A stretch of 38,918 nt of DNA from Mesotaenium endlicherianum (lineage: Eukaryota): contig WELA01000805.1 in assembly GCA_009602735.1 (NCBI GenBank), forward strand, positions 531,173 to 570,090, read 5' to 3'. Every line of letters begins with the position of its first letter. Position 1 is the first letter of the stretch. Below are positions 20,504-33,500 of the stretch, in pieces. The notes beneath the pieces were generated by a model. That model made no database searches, had not been told where the DNA came from, and was given only the letters and a program-made list of their open reading frames with translations. A program made the position numbers and the translations under genes.

Positions 20504-22605
20504 AGTGTCTGACTGCGTGGAATTGTTGAAGAACTCTCTAGTCTTGGATTGTAAACGATCTGAATGAAGAGCTTCTCGAGATACGACTACTTACTATTCT
20601 ACTGGCAGTGAAGTGTGTAATTCCTGCACTTGCATGAAGAGTGAGTGCAACGTGCATGATTAAATAGTGGTGGAGAAGAGAGCTCATAGCACTCTTCTTG
20701 TGCTGAAGGTGAATTGAAAAAGGATTAGGTCCGCGGGCATTATATGCCCGCCTCTCTTCAACTCGATGTTGCAGACATTTTGAGACTTGAATTTTCAATT
20801 AAATTGACATTTTAATGAGCTGCACTTAACTCGACGAACCTCTGACTCTCAAGTTTGAACGTCGAGAGTCAATGTAAGTCGACGTTGCCACTTGGCACTA
20901 ATACAACAGTACTGGGGCCGACGTGGGTTGTTGGCCTCAGCTGGTCTCAGCAGTTTAAGCATGCTCCAGACGTTCATCCACGATCATCCGTGACAGTCCA
21001 CACTACATGTCAGCTTCATGTCGTTTGACGTCATTCGTGTATCGCGACCAGGTGCCTGGATTTCTACGGTCCAGTAATTCGCGTGGCATTTCGACAAGTT
21101 GGAGGGCCGGGTTCCACCTGGTTTCACCGGGTTCCGGATCGTCTAATTTTATACTATTTTGCTTTATTTCTTTAACGAGCCCACTTATCCGATTTTTGGC
21201 GACTTTTCCTGTGTAATATTTTGTTGTTTTTGCTTCACACCCCCCCCCCTTCTCCCAAAAAGAAAAACCCCGGAAGGAGTTCTCCCCGGGCCCCCCGCGG
21301 CCTTTTGCAGCTGCTCATCACGGTTTCGCGTGCGCGAAATGGGCTTTCTGATGGCTGTGTTTTTCAAGCAAAGGAAAAGGGCCTACTTCTAGTGCTCTTC
21401 CGTCGAGGCTTCTCCGTGAGGCTTCAACTTCGTCCAGCGGTGGCTGCAAAAGCTCAAACATCTTCGAGGATTGCAAAAAAGTTGCATGTTTAAGCGCCTA
21501 TTGAAGTTTGCAGGACTTCTGTCAAGGTAATGGGATTACATCTTGCAGGCTGGTTAGCAAGATTGGTGAGCGTTGCGTGACGAGCTAAGTGCCGGAATCG
21601 CGCTTGTTCGATTAATCTCAAGTGTGCAGTAAATTAGCGCCAGAGACAGATGCATATATCTCATGTTCCTTTCCATATCCTGCCAATTTTAGCTTTCTGA
21701 TTGCTGTATGTCTTACAAGTTTGTTATATGCGACGAGAACCCGCAGCTGAAGCTAGCAATCCATCGAGTATAAACTTGCAAAGGTTAAATAATTGAGACT
21801 TGCGCCTGGTACGTGCTTCTTCTTGTCGTTCACTGTTGGTAGTGTCGTCTGGCACTAAGCATTTAGTGCCAGTATATGGCAATAGCATTTAGTGCCAGTA
21901 TATGAGAATAAAGTGCAACAGCGGCAAGCAGTGCATGGAGCTGCACCAGTTTCTGTGCTTCATTTTATGAACAGCTTCATACTAGAATGCCACCTCTGAA
22001 TTACAACGCCAGAGTCCAATAGATTATATACTGATGATAAGTGTCTCAAGTTTCTTGCAAAATATCCACTTTCTGCCGCTGATGTTGCTGTGTGTTAGAC
22101 TTACAGCTGTTGTTTTGTCAAAAAATTGCTTGAGCTGAAGAAAGCCACAAACTCTAGACTCGATGCGAACAAATCGAGGACTACACTCTTGTATGCTTCC
22201 ATCACTTGTTCAACCTTCAAGGTGGCAAGCTGTCAGTCATCATGCATCTGAAGCCAGTGAACTGACACCTAGAGCTGGTGGTGGATGTCTAGAAGCTGCA
22301 AGCTGCTTGAAAACACCTGTTCAAGTCTGCTTGCCTGTCATTTCTCTTTACTCTAAAGTACCGGGTGAGCTTGCTGAAGGCATGCGTGCTCTGGAACACA
22401 AATGATAAGTGAAAATATATGAGAGTCAGCTACTTACTGGAAGACAACTAGTATAGTCTATAGAGAGCACAGAGCAAGTGTGTCAACGCAGAGTGCAGCT
22501 AGGGCTACATGACTTATTGTGGCTTGTGTCATTGCATTGACGTGCAGCCTACTGAAATCCACGAGTGGGCCTGCATGGTGCCTGGTGGCTTGCAGATTTT
22601 ATAGG

Positions 22606-22746
22606 CTAATTCTGACGCTGAAATTGAAGGTGATGCTAATGCTGACGCTGACGTTGATGCTGGTGCCGAAGCTGATGCCGAAGCTGGTGCCAAAGCGGAT
22701 GCTGAAGCTGGTGCCGAAGCTCATGCGGAAGCTGAAGCTAGAGCCG
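22606..22746 (+). repeat. Degenerate hexamer repeat (GCNGAN/GCNGGT)
   Basis: GCTGATGCCGAAGCTGGTGCCAAAGCGGATGCTGAAGCTGGTGCCGAA... Confidence 0.8.
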
Positions 22747-23250
22747 TTATGCCAATACATCTTGTGCTAGCAGCACCTTGTTTGCTTAATCAGCAAGTAG
22801 TAGTGTCAAAGCAGACAGGCATCTGCAGGCACCTTGTCTCTTGCTGTGCTAGCTCCACCATGTTCACCTCAATTTCTTATCACAGTATCGCGGCCGGCAG
22901 GCATCTGCTTTCTGAGGAAATGAGGAAACTCATACTCTTACAAATGTGTACCTCTTATAGTTTTGTGCGCACGACTTCCCATTCGGGTTTTGACATGTGT
23001 GCAGAGGTCCCTAAGAAATTCCCGTCCTCCTTCTTCTCCCTCTTTCTGTCTCTGGATTTGGTGCAGTTGAAAGACTGATACCCTGCTCTTCAATTCTCAA
23101 GGCGAAGACAAGAAAGAAATTCTATCCAGCTCCGACGCGGTTAGTTATTGAAGGCGACCCTGTGAGAAGGCGCAGGAGGACGTGAAGAGGGCAACTGCTG
23201 GCAGGGGTCAACGGAGGGCGTGATTGACACAGCTGTGAGTCTTCGACAAG

Positions 23251-25732
23251 ATGCAAGGTGCGGGCGGCAATTCCAATGGCACAACAGCTCTTCTCACTCA
23301 GATTCGGCAGGCCAGGGATGCCCTGCCGCCCCAGCCCTCGGTGGATGATGTCATGGCTGCCCAGAAGGCCATCAGCAAGAGTAACGAGGATCTCATCAGT
23401 GCCCTGGGGAAGATGATTTCACAGCCGGGAGAACCAGCTGGCGTAGCAGGAGCAGCGGCAGATGCTGCCGCCCAGGTGGAGATGGACACTGGTGAGCTGG
23501 CAACGATACGGGCCATGAAGGAGGAGCAGCTGAGGCAGGAGGGTACTGTTGCGAAGCGCCGCCACGTGGCGGTGGTGGAGCTGGACGAGGCGCACCAGCA
23601 GTACTCCACCATGATCCGTCAGCTGGAGCACGCGCTTGTGAAGCAGACGCTGCAGCTGGCAGGCGGCGGCGCTGGCAAGTCGTCAGCTGGCGCTCAGCTT
23701 GCGTCAACAACGGGTGGGGGTGGGGGAAGTGGCTCCTGGGTGGAAAAGGTGTACCGCACTGACAGCACAGGTGGCGCCCCCTCCAGCCCTACCGCAGGAA
23801 GTCCAAATACTGCTGGGTATCGGCTCAGCAGCCCGCAATCCCAGTCAACCTCGGGCTCTCGCCCCAATTCTTTCTCCATGTCTGAGAGCTTCAACGACGA
23901 CTCAACGTGGAGCTATGGCGGCAGTCCCAGCACATCAATTTCCCAAACATGTGAGCCAGCACCGCCTCCTGCCATGCTACTTGAACTTGCACCAGAGCAG
24001 AGTGACAGCTGGTGCCAGTGCCTGGACGGTCATCCCCTTCTTGTCCTCTGCGTGGGTCTGTGGCGTCGCAATGTGTGCTTAACCCTACTCCGCGACTCAC
24101 AGGCACATTGTCTGTCCTTGTCCTTGTCGTTAGCGTGCTTGCGTGCTTGCGTGCTTGCTGACCCTGCCCGTGCCCGCGCCCATGCCCGTGCGTTTGTGCG
24201 CGTGCCTGCACGTCCAGTCTCGGCAGGGGAAACGACGCGGCAGCGGTTGAGCACCATCCAGGAGGACCGGGAGAGGATGCTGGAGTGCCCGCCCGCGCTG
24301 CTCAAGCTCATTGAGGATGCCATCTCTGAGAAGCGCGAGAAGATCGACGTCAGCCAGGGGTTCCGCAACGCGCTCCTCTGGATCCCCGACACCATCGGCG
24401 CCGTGTCCAGCCTCACGCACCTCAACCTCTCGTACAACCGGCTGCTCGAGCTGCCCGAGACGGTCGGGCAGCTGCAGCGGCTGACGATGCTGGACGCCAG
24501 CTACAACCAGCTGCTCGAGCTGCCCGTGTCTCTCGGGCAGCTGTCCAACCTGAAAGTGCTGAACCTGCAGCAGAACAAGCTGGAAGAGGTCCCTCCCCGG
24601 CTGGGGGAGTGCGCGAGCCTCACTGTCCTCAACCTGGGGTTCAACAGCATCAAGCAGCTGCCTGAGTCTCTCGGGCAGCTCACGGAGCTCCAGACCCTGC
24701 ACGTGCACCTCAACTGTCTGAAGCGCTTGCCCAAGTCCATCGGGCAGATGAGGAGCCTGGTGGAAGTCGACGTGCACTTCAATTACATTCAGTACCTCCC
24801 CGAGACCCTCGGTCAGCTTACCAACCTGCGCACCCTGAATGTCTCTTCCAACCACTACCAGCTCGAGGTGCTGCCCAAGACTATCGGGCAGATGGTCAGC
24901 CTGGAGGTCCTCGACATCCACGAGAACCAGATCAAGGTGTTGCCGGACTCCCTGCTGGCCCTGACTCAGCTGAAGACGCTGAGCCTGGAGGGCAACCCCC
25001 TGCGCGTCCCGCCCCTGCGCGTCGCCCAGCAGGGCCTGGAGGTAGGCCCTGCAGACACGCATGCATGGATGCACACGTGTCTCACGTGTCTTCCCTGTAT
25101 CACTCTCTGCGCTCGCGCGCATGCGTGACCGCGTGCTGCGGCCGCTGCAAATCCCGCCCACCCCCAACCATCCGCACTTGACTTATGCTTCTTCTCCTTT
25201 ATAGAGCATACACGGTTGCCATCCCTGCAACATGTCCATTCAGCCCTCCTTTTCAGGAGGGTCAAACCCGCCCGTGACACTAGCCTCAAGCCCTGCACCT
25301 GGATCCCTGGGCGACTTAGTAGTATGTAACATAAGCCCTTGCTGCAACCAGCCAGTCAGTCAGCAGTCGTCAGTTTGTGAATCCTTCACGTCCTGCCCAT
25401 CTAGACCTCGTTGCCCTGCTGGGCTTATGCCCCCGCTCCCGCCCCCGCCCCCGCCCTCTGCCCTCTCCCTCAGTGTTTTGCTTGCTTGTGTGCCTGCGCC
25501 TATGCCTGTGTCTGTGCCCATCTTCACGTCTGCGCCGTGCTCTGCTGGCCTGCAGGAAGTGAGGAAGTACATGCAGGATCGCCGTAATCGGACGGCTGCC
25601 AGAGCCGAGTCTGCGAAGCACAAGAGCGGCCTCAGGCGCCTGCTTGACAGGACTCTGGGCCTTGGACCACCAAAGCCCGACAGTGGGGAGGTGCCACCTG
25701 TGCTTGACCCCGACTACAGCGTGGTGATTTAA
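23251..25732 (+). CDS. PIRL: Plant intracellular Ras-group-related LRR protein, about 563 aa; exons 23251-23950, 24227-25041, 25556-25732
   Basis: N-terminal LPPQPSVDDVMAAQKAI and LDEAH motifs, about 9 LxxLxLxxNxLxxLP repeats, cap GNPLRVPP..QQGLE/EVRKYM. GT-AG introns have compatible phases (1, 0). Confidence 0.9.
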
Positions 25733-28315
25733 GGCGTCATGTGGCAGGAGCTGGGCGGCATTAGGTGCGGTATGTGACGGAGAGCCTCAGAACGTGTGTC
25801 GAAATCTTGAGCTGTAATATGAATAAGACGAGGCTGTCGGGTTTGTCAGTTTTTTTTCTGGATTTTTCCTGTGCTTTTCAAGAAGTCTGTCATTAGCTGC
25901 TCCGTCCAGTAGGTTACGATCCCTTCTATGACTCATGAATTGATTCCCCGTAGAACCCAATATGCTCATGCATTCTTTATCAGGGGATTGAGCTTTGCAT
26001 CTTGGTCACAGTAATCCATAATAACGTCCGCGGTCCCGCTTTCCGCAAGGCAGAACGACCTCCCTGAGCCCGGTCAGGGCGGGCAGCCTCAATCCGCATA
26101 AGCCACGCCCGCGGTTCCACTCTCTGCCGCACATACTGTAGTGAGCAGGAAGAGGGGTTCGACTCCATGACTTGGTTGTAGCATGTCTTTCTGCTGAGTC
26201 GCAAATGCGGCGGCCAATCACCTCCGCTGTGCGCAAGTCCGTATTTGGAATGGTCTACGGTCACCGTTGTGTAAGTTGCTCTGCAACTTAAGCCAGTTGG
26301 CGGTTGAGGCTGAGAATACCATGCTCATTCTGAAGCAAGGGCTGTGAGGGGTGATGCAGGTCATGTCAACGTGCACGAATGTGGACGTGTGACCATCAAT
26401 CTGGCTGTGCACTACCTGGGGGTGAGATGTTGGCAACACGTCCCTAAGGGGGGGAACAGGGTGACAAATAGTGATAGTGCGGCATGATTTTGTAAGTTGG
26501 ATATGTAAGCCGATCGAGGTGAAAGAGTTTGTGTGTAGATTTTAGAAGCAGATGTGATGCATCCTACTCAGGTTTGCGCCCCATACATGATACTTTGTGT
26601 ACATATTCTACGAAATAACTCTGGCTTAGTATATACAGTATCGGACTGATGTGAGGTTAACAATGATGAACATATGGCATATATTAAATTTGAGCAGTCA
26701 CTTTTCAATGTTCAGTGCGCGCAGCGGTTGATCTGACATAATTTTTTTTTGCATGGTGCTTGATGATCAACAAAGGAGAACGACTTAGCTCAAAGCTTAC
26801 TCATGGTTATGTACAGACCCCAACCTACGATCAACCACTTTAAACAAATACTTATCACTGCTTAGTCAATCGGATCAGAACCTCTTCCCTCGAGTACTGC
26901 GAGTGGGCCAGAGCATGTCGATGCCTTAAACAATAGTCACTTTCTTGCTTTGTTGCGATAATACAACACAATAATTTGTGCAGATCCACAGTACACAAAG
27001 AACCAAAGCCTCCAAGTAAATGTACACTTAGCCACCACAATTCTGGCTACAACCATGCACAAGGACTGTCTACTACATGTCGCTGTCATACAAAGACACA
27101 AGTCTTCTCAGAACTGATGCCACTAAGTCCACACTAACAAGCATTTCCAACAACAACCCTGCACCTCAAGAGCTCTCCATGTTTTTGAAAGGAGAGTTTT
27201 TCACATTTTCAAACTTTTCAAAGAGGGGCAAGAGAACACCCAGAACAAGCAGACAAGACAACGCCAGCTGTTCCCTCTTGAGCTAAGCTGGACTATCTCT
27301 GGTACCAAGTGCCAGAGGCTCGATAACCTTTCATCTCAACCTACCTTGGCACGTAGAAGTTTGTAAAGCGGAAAGTGGGCAGCAGGAGATACTAGGCAGA
27401 AGCTGGGAAAAGGACCATGGACGCCAAATGAGGGGCCAGAGTCTGGGAAGGGACCATGGCTGCAGATAGTGCCAGGAAGAGCAGATGTGGTTTGAGGCGA
27501 GCGCGCGAATCAGAGAGTAATAAATTACACAAACCCCCATTAAAGGGTGCGGTGACGCAGCTGCACCAAGAGGTGCTGACATGCTCTTCATGATGCATCT
27601 GCTTGGAACGTAAGCCCAAAGAACCTCAACCCCACTTTCCACCAAAACCCTGACGCCCTGGTCTTGCGGGGCCTGGGCCCTCTTCACCTTCAAGCCCTCC
27701 GTCAGCAGGTAACACTCGCCTCAACTGCAGACCCTCCAATGGACAGGTGTGGCCCCCTCCGACTGCGATCCAAGGGCCAGCGCTCTCGCCGCAACTTGCC
27801 CAGTCAATCTCTCGGTAGAGTCCCGTGGCATCCCCGTCCACACTTACTCCTCTGATAACAGACTCTGCAACCTTTTGCAAACTCTGCCATTCCGCCAAGT
27901 CTTTGTACAAAGGGAGCAGCGCAATCAACTCCTCTTTCACACCTGAGCATCATCCTACCCCGAGTGCCAGAGCCCTGAGCTCTGACCCCCGGACCCCCCN
28001 NNNNNNNNNNNNNNNNNNNNNNNNNNNNNNNNNNNNNNNNNNNNNNNNNNNNNNNNNNNNNNNNNNNNNNNNNNNNNNNNNNNNNNNNNNNNNNNNNNNN
28101 NNNNNNNNNNNNNNNNNNNNNNNNNNNNNNNNNNNNNNNNNNNNNNNNNNNNNNNNNNNNNNNNNNNNNNNNNNNNNNNNNNNNNNNNNNNNNNNNNNNN
28201 NNNNNNNNNNNNNNNNNNNNNNNNNNNNNNNNNNNNNNNNNNNNNNNNNNNNNNNNNNNNNNNNNNNNNNNNNNNNNNNNNNNNNNNNNNNNNNCCCCTC
28301 CCCCTCCAAAATGCC

Positions 28316-28696
28316 CTAGTGCTCTACGCGGCTGGCCAGAGCCTTGTTCAGCTTGCACTGCTCAAAGTCCGCCCCATGCAGGCCCGAGCAGCTCGTCGGC
28401 CCCTCCCCCATGGAGATGGCAAAGTAGAGGTAGATGGTGCACAGCACCAGCAGCACGCTCATCATGGAGAGCAGGAACCTGTGCCTCCTGACGAGAGCCG
28501 CCAGCGTGTTGTCGCTCGGGTCGTCCCTGCTGCTGTCGCCAGCACTACCGCCCTTGGCCCTGTGAGGAAGGGGCTGCAGCACAGGGGAGCCCGACAGGCC
28601 CGACTGGCTCTGCTTCTGGCGCCTCCTGGCATCGGCTGCGGTCGGGGACGAGTGGATGTTGACCTCCACTGAATCGTCGCCATTTGTCTCCGCCAT
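28316..28696 (-). CDS. Small single-pass membrane protein (126 aa; alternative start at 28708)
   Basis: Basic stretch then hydrophobic segment RRHRFLLSMMSVLLVLCTIYLYFAISMG, then SCSGLHGADFEQC. High GC3. From recall it resembles an uncharacterised land-plant family with an LCTxYLYFA..CSGL motif (not searched). Confidence 0.75.
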   Translation of the reverse strand: MAETNGDDSVEVNIHSSPTAADARRRQKQSQSGLSGSPVLQPLPHRAKGGSAGDSSRDDPSDNTLAALVRRHRFLLSMMSVLLVLCTIYLYFAISMGEGPTSCSGLHGADFEQCKLNKALASRVEH

Positions 28697-30559
28697 GTGT
28701 GCCGGCATGATACGAGTGTGAACACAGACCTCGCTCAAGAGACCTGACGTACCAAGCTCCCAAGGCTTGATGAACTACGGTGTCTGCATGCTGAGAAGCT
28801 GAATAATTATGGAAAGTGTGTGCGAGCGGGACAGCTTTTGTTGGGAGCACCCGGAGGCTCTACTTGTCTAGCTGGGCCATGTAGTGATGGAAGAGACAAG
28901 AATAACTGCTAAACATAAACACGTAAAAGCGCGCAGAGGCCGATAAGAGGTTATAAGAAGCTTCTACTGTTGGCAATTTCACGTTTGTCTGTACTGGAGG
29001 GGGACTACGTTTGTTTGTACTGGAGGCGGACTACTATATAACGCCAGGATGACAGGATTTTCAGCTGCACAAGAATATTGATAGAGACAACACAAAAAAA
29101 TCAAAAATTAAATTATAAGGGTCATGGCCATAAGTGTCAAGATGCAACACAACACAAAGGTCATGGCCATAAGTGTCAAAGTGCAACACAACAAATGACG
29201 TTCCTAGACACCATGAGTTCAGCCTGAAACCGAACAGCTAGCTAATACACAATCGACCAACGTTGCCTCCCCAGTCCCACTTCCCCCACTTCAAGTCCCT
29301 AGTTTTACTGCTTCATCACACTTAACACTCATTCAATGGAAGTTGCAAATAAAGACACGACCTAGATAGTTATAAATCCTACAAATATTAAGAAACTTTA
29401 TGGATGCAGATCACAATCAACATTGTTTAGGGTTTAGCTAGCTAGATGCTTTGGAGGAAAACATTATAGCCAGCTTAAGCTAGCATGCACCTAGCAAGTC
29501 CTAACAAAAGATCAGCTTATATGTATCCCTTGCTAATATGCCCCCATCAATTATCACAAATAAGTTATGATGTTACTCACTTCAGGAACGGGTCAAACGG
29601 AAGTCTTAAGACATCTTGTGACATTCATTCGGCTCTGAGCGACGAAGTTTCTAGTGCAAGACGAGTGCACATGCAATGATTAGTAAGCCAGGCACCGTTG
29701 ATCCTAAGCGAGCGGTCACTTTACAAAAATCTTGGGATGTGGTCCATTCATCCAACTTTGACAACCTGGTTTCTCTTTGCAAACTCCAACTCGAGACGAT
29801 GGCTTTATAGCGACAGAGCGATGTTGTGCATGTGCGCTTTGGACGTTGGACTCGTTTCACATGTGCAACTGATTGTCCTCAGCTACTTCCTTCGGGAAAG
29901 TTGCCAAGAGCTCTGAACTGCTCTCGTGTCGCTGGTGTCGCTGCATGAGCTTGTAAATTGTTGTATATGTAAGAATCTGAACCAGTGTGAACGTCGTAGC
30001 ATTCTGAATGGATCGGCCAAGTCAACAGCTACTACGTCATGTTACAATTTACATCGGGGTATATGTTGCCTGACCGTCACCGCCCAGAGCACTTCACGCT
30101 CCTTCGGGCCTGCTTCGAACCCGCCCTGTTCGGTTGTTGACGCCCTTGTCGTGCATGACTGGTCGAGATCAGTGTAACTGGAGTGAACTGGAGTAAACAA
30201 TACCGTCAGCATGCAGATAAATGACTTCCACCCTATCTCAGCATACCTGCTCCTACATGCATGGCCAACTTTTTGCAGGTGCCCTTCATATGCATATAAT
30301 TTGAACTACTTAGCTAGCGGCATACCGATAGAAGTATGCGCTGACTCCGTCAATAGGGGGTGTCATGGATGACTTCATGGCCCTCGAACAAGTCCTTAAT
30401 CGGCAACCAGCTTGGCGCTCAAAAGATCGAAAGGGTTATTGAGTGGTGGACTTTGTGGCGTTTCAGGCAAAATGATGTTGCCAAATCAGAGCGTGAAGTT
30501 GCCGTGTCAGAAACGTGTTAGCTAAATTCCTTAGTTGATCCGAGGGCCCTTAGATAACA

Positions 30560-33500
30560 ATGGGGTCTGCAGAGGATGGACAAGAAGGCTGGAAAAAGCG
30601 TTTTGCCGACTATTTTGTAGTGTGCGGTTTAGGACTTGACGTGCAGACTTTGGATAACGTGAGAGGATTCCATGGCACGAGCAAGGGCTTTGAGAAAGTC
30701 AAGTACCAGCCACAGCTACTTGATCAGTGCCCTCAAGTGGATCACTCTGATTTCAGTCCACCTCCTCAATTACCCCTGGTAACGTGCTTCACGTGATTTT
30801 GTAGCTTTTATAGTATTCTATACATTCTAAATGTGGCCTTACATCTTTGCATAGTGGATCATGAAATATCCGAGGATGTATTTCCTTTGCATGCACCTGT
30901 ACCTCAACTTCTTCATATTTACTGTGTATGAGGTGCCCCCATAGGAAGGACGATGGCATTCAGGCAGTCGCTGTGAGAGGAGGAGAGGGAGGAGCGGGAG
31001 GAGAGGGGAGGGGATGGGAGGGGATAGGAGGGGAGGGGAGGCGAGGGAGGGGATATTGGTCTTTTTAATATTGTGAGTAGAAGAAGCAGGAGTACACAGT
31101 GGCAAGCCCTCTGCTAGCCCGCTTACACCCGAGGGGCACTTGGGGAGGGCTACTGTCAGGGCATGCTCTCTGCGTGGGTTTATGCCAGGTGTCCTTTTGC
31201 AGGCCGGATAGGGGTTAGGCACGCAAACTTTTCTCTCAGGGGCGTGCCAACTGTCTCGTCCAAGAGGCGTGGGAGAAGATTCAGCTTTTGGTAGTCGTGA
31301 CTGAAGGGACGTGGTACGCGCATGCGTGCCACCTGGCACGGTTTGGGATCTCACATCTGAGTCTCAAGCTCGCAAGCTCTCTGTCTTAAGTGCTCTGTCT
31401 TAAGCTCTCTACCAGCTGCATAGCAGGGACCCTCACCTGAGAGAAGACCTGGTTCAACAGATAGCACAGCTTGCCTCGGCCCCCCTCAGCTTGCCTCAGC
31501 CGGCTCACCACTTCACCCTAGTAATGTGAGAGGGAGACTGCCGGAGCTTTTGTGGAAGGCTTAGTGGGAGCGCGGTTCACCGGGAACGAGCAAGAGATGG
31601 TAGAAAAGCGTGCTGTGATCGGTGTTGGAGGCTTTCTGAGTAGAGTGCTGCCTCCACCATCGGCAGTCGCCCTCAACCGGCTCTCCCTCTCTCTTCCTCC
31701 TTTTCTTAACTCTTGCTCCTGAACCTGGTACCCAGTGGGAACGTGAACATGCATCCCCATCCTTGTGCCCTCTCAGGGGCAGGTTCAGACGCTCATGCAT
31801 GCCCGCCCGCATACATGCACGCGCTTGCACGCGCACGCGTACGAACGCACACGCACACACACTCTCTCTCTCTCTCTCTCTTATCTTTCTCACAAACACA
31901 AAACGCTACCTTGTTGGCACTCACATACACCCACACACCCCCACATGCTTTGTTTCACACATGCATGCACACTCGCACACTTCCTTATACACAGACTCTG
32001 GCACACTCTTTCTCTTTCTCACACACGCAGTGACAACACACTCAACATTATTACACACATACAGACACACACACACACACGCGTGTGCGCGTGCGCACAC
32101 ACACACACACGCACACACGTATGAGGGGGTGACATGCAAGCGCGAGACGTGTGCAGATAGTGCTGCCCGGAGGGGTGGAGATATACGACAAGGGCGCCAC
32201 TCAGAACGACGAGGCCAGCCATCCCAGGAGCTACCCTGTGGTGCTCACAGGTCAGCATCTACTGCTGCCCCTCCAGAACCCTAGAACCCAGCCTTAAACC
32301 CGTCCCTTAAACCCTGTGTGCTCCAGCTCTCACCCAACTCTGTTGCCCCCCAAGGTCCCTCCCTTCGCTTGATCCCGACAGATGCGAGGCTTGCATGCTT
32401 CAATCCCATATGCCCGGAGACGCCCCTCTTTGTAGCTCATGCCGGCCGCCCATAAGTGCACTTCAGCAGGAAGGGGGAGCCCTTCTGAGAGGCGTGTGTA
32501 TGACTCGGGGCTGGGGCTTAGTTGAGATCTTATTTAAGCAGGCACACTTTGGAGAGTGTGCCTGCTCTCCTGACAGCTGCGCACCACAAGAGGCCCCGGG
32601 TGTGGGTGCCGTAGCTCTCCGTGGCTGAGTCACACATGCGGGTACACGCGCTTACACATGCGGGGGCTGTGCCCGCAACACGCGTGCTAGACTTGCGGAG
32701 GCGGCAGCTGCGGCGACCTCTCGCTCAGCTTTTTGGGTTTCGAGTCAGGGTTTACGTTCTCGGCAGCAGCTCCCGCCTCCATCCGTCCTTGCAGTGCCAG
32801 ACGCTGTCCCTGAGCTGGAGTTGTTTGCCCCTCTCGGGTGGTGACGTGCGCGCCCCTACACATCCCTCACGCTACTGGCCTGCTGGGCTCTCTGATGGCG
32901 ACCACCTGTGTGATGGTGCACGTAAGCAGCTGGAGGGTGAAGGGACCTCCTGGTTGTGCTGCCAGCGATGCAATTTCTTCAACTCTTGTGACAGTGACAG
33001 TGTCGCTTGAATCACGCCACACTACGGGGCACAGCTGCCTGGCTGATGTTCCAAGAGTGCGCGTCCTCTTGCCTTCAGTGCGCGTTACTGTCAACTCTGC
33101 CGAATCCGAAGGGGGAAAGGGGGAGGTAGAGAGCGGGCAAGGCAGAGGCTGAGGGAGGGCAAGGGGACAAGGGGTGGAGGCAGCACGCAGCGGGCAAGGG
33201 AGAGGGTGCGGACGCGGGTGGGGGAGAGTGGTAGAGGAAGTGTGTCATGCTGGCAAGCTATGTTCTCACTCCCCTGCTGCCCCCCCGCGCTCCCCCCTGC
33301 TATTGCGTCCTTGTGCGCGCCCCAAGATAGACCCGCAACAATGCAAGAAGTGCACAAGCTCCAGCGAGCGCCCCGGTCCCTCGTATGCACCCATGCTGTG
33401 TGCCCCCCTGCTCCATACCCCCTCCCCTGCCCCACTTGCCCCCCAACTCTTCCCTCTCGTTACCCCCCTGCATGCACGCGAGCAAACAAATGTCTGAGTA

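Noticed and set aside
23251..25128. Single 625-aa CDS as given in the ORF track
   Set aside because: It includes intron 1 and reads into intron 2. The spliced model restores the PIRL C-terminal motif.
24130..25167. 345-aa antisense ORF
   Set aside because: Shadow of the GC3-rich LRR exon, with no domain signal.
27331..27946. Minus-strand ORFs of 104-120 aa
   Set aside because: No recognisable motif or codon bias. Probably 3' UTR or downstream sequence of the small membrane-protein gene.
32276..32316. Telomere-like AACCCT motifs (also near 32735 and 37365)
   Set aside because: Too few and too degenerate to call an interstitial telomere array.
31500..33500. Numerous His/Thr/Cys/Val-rich ORFs in SCD1 introns
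   Set aside because: Translations of microsatellites and GC-rich intron sequence.
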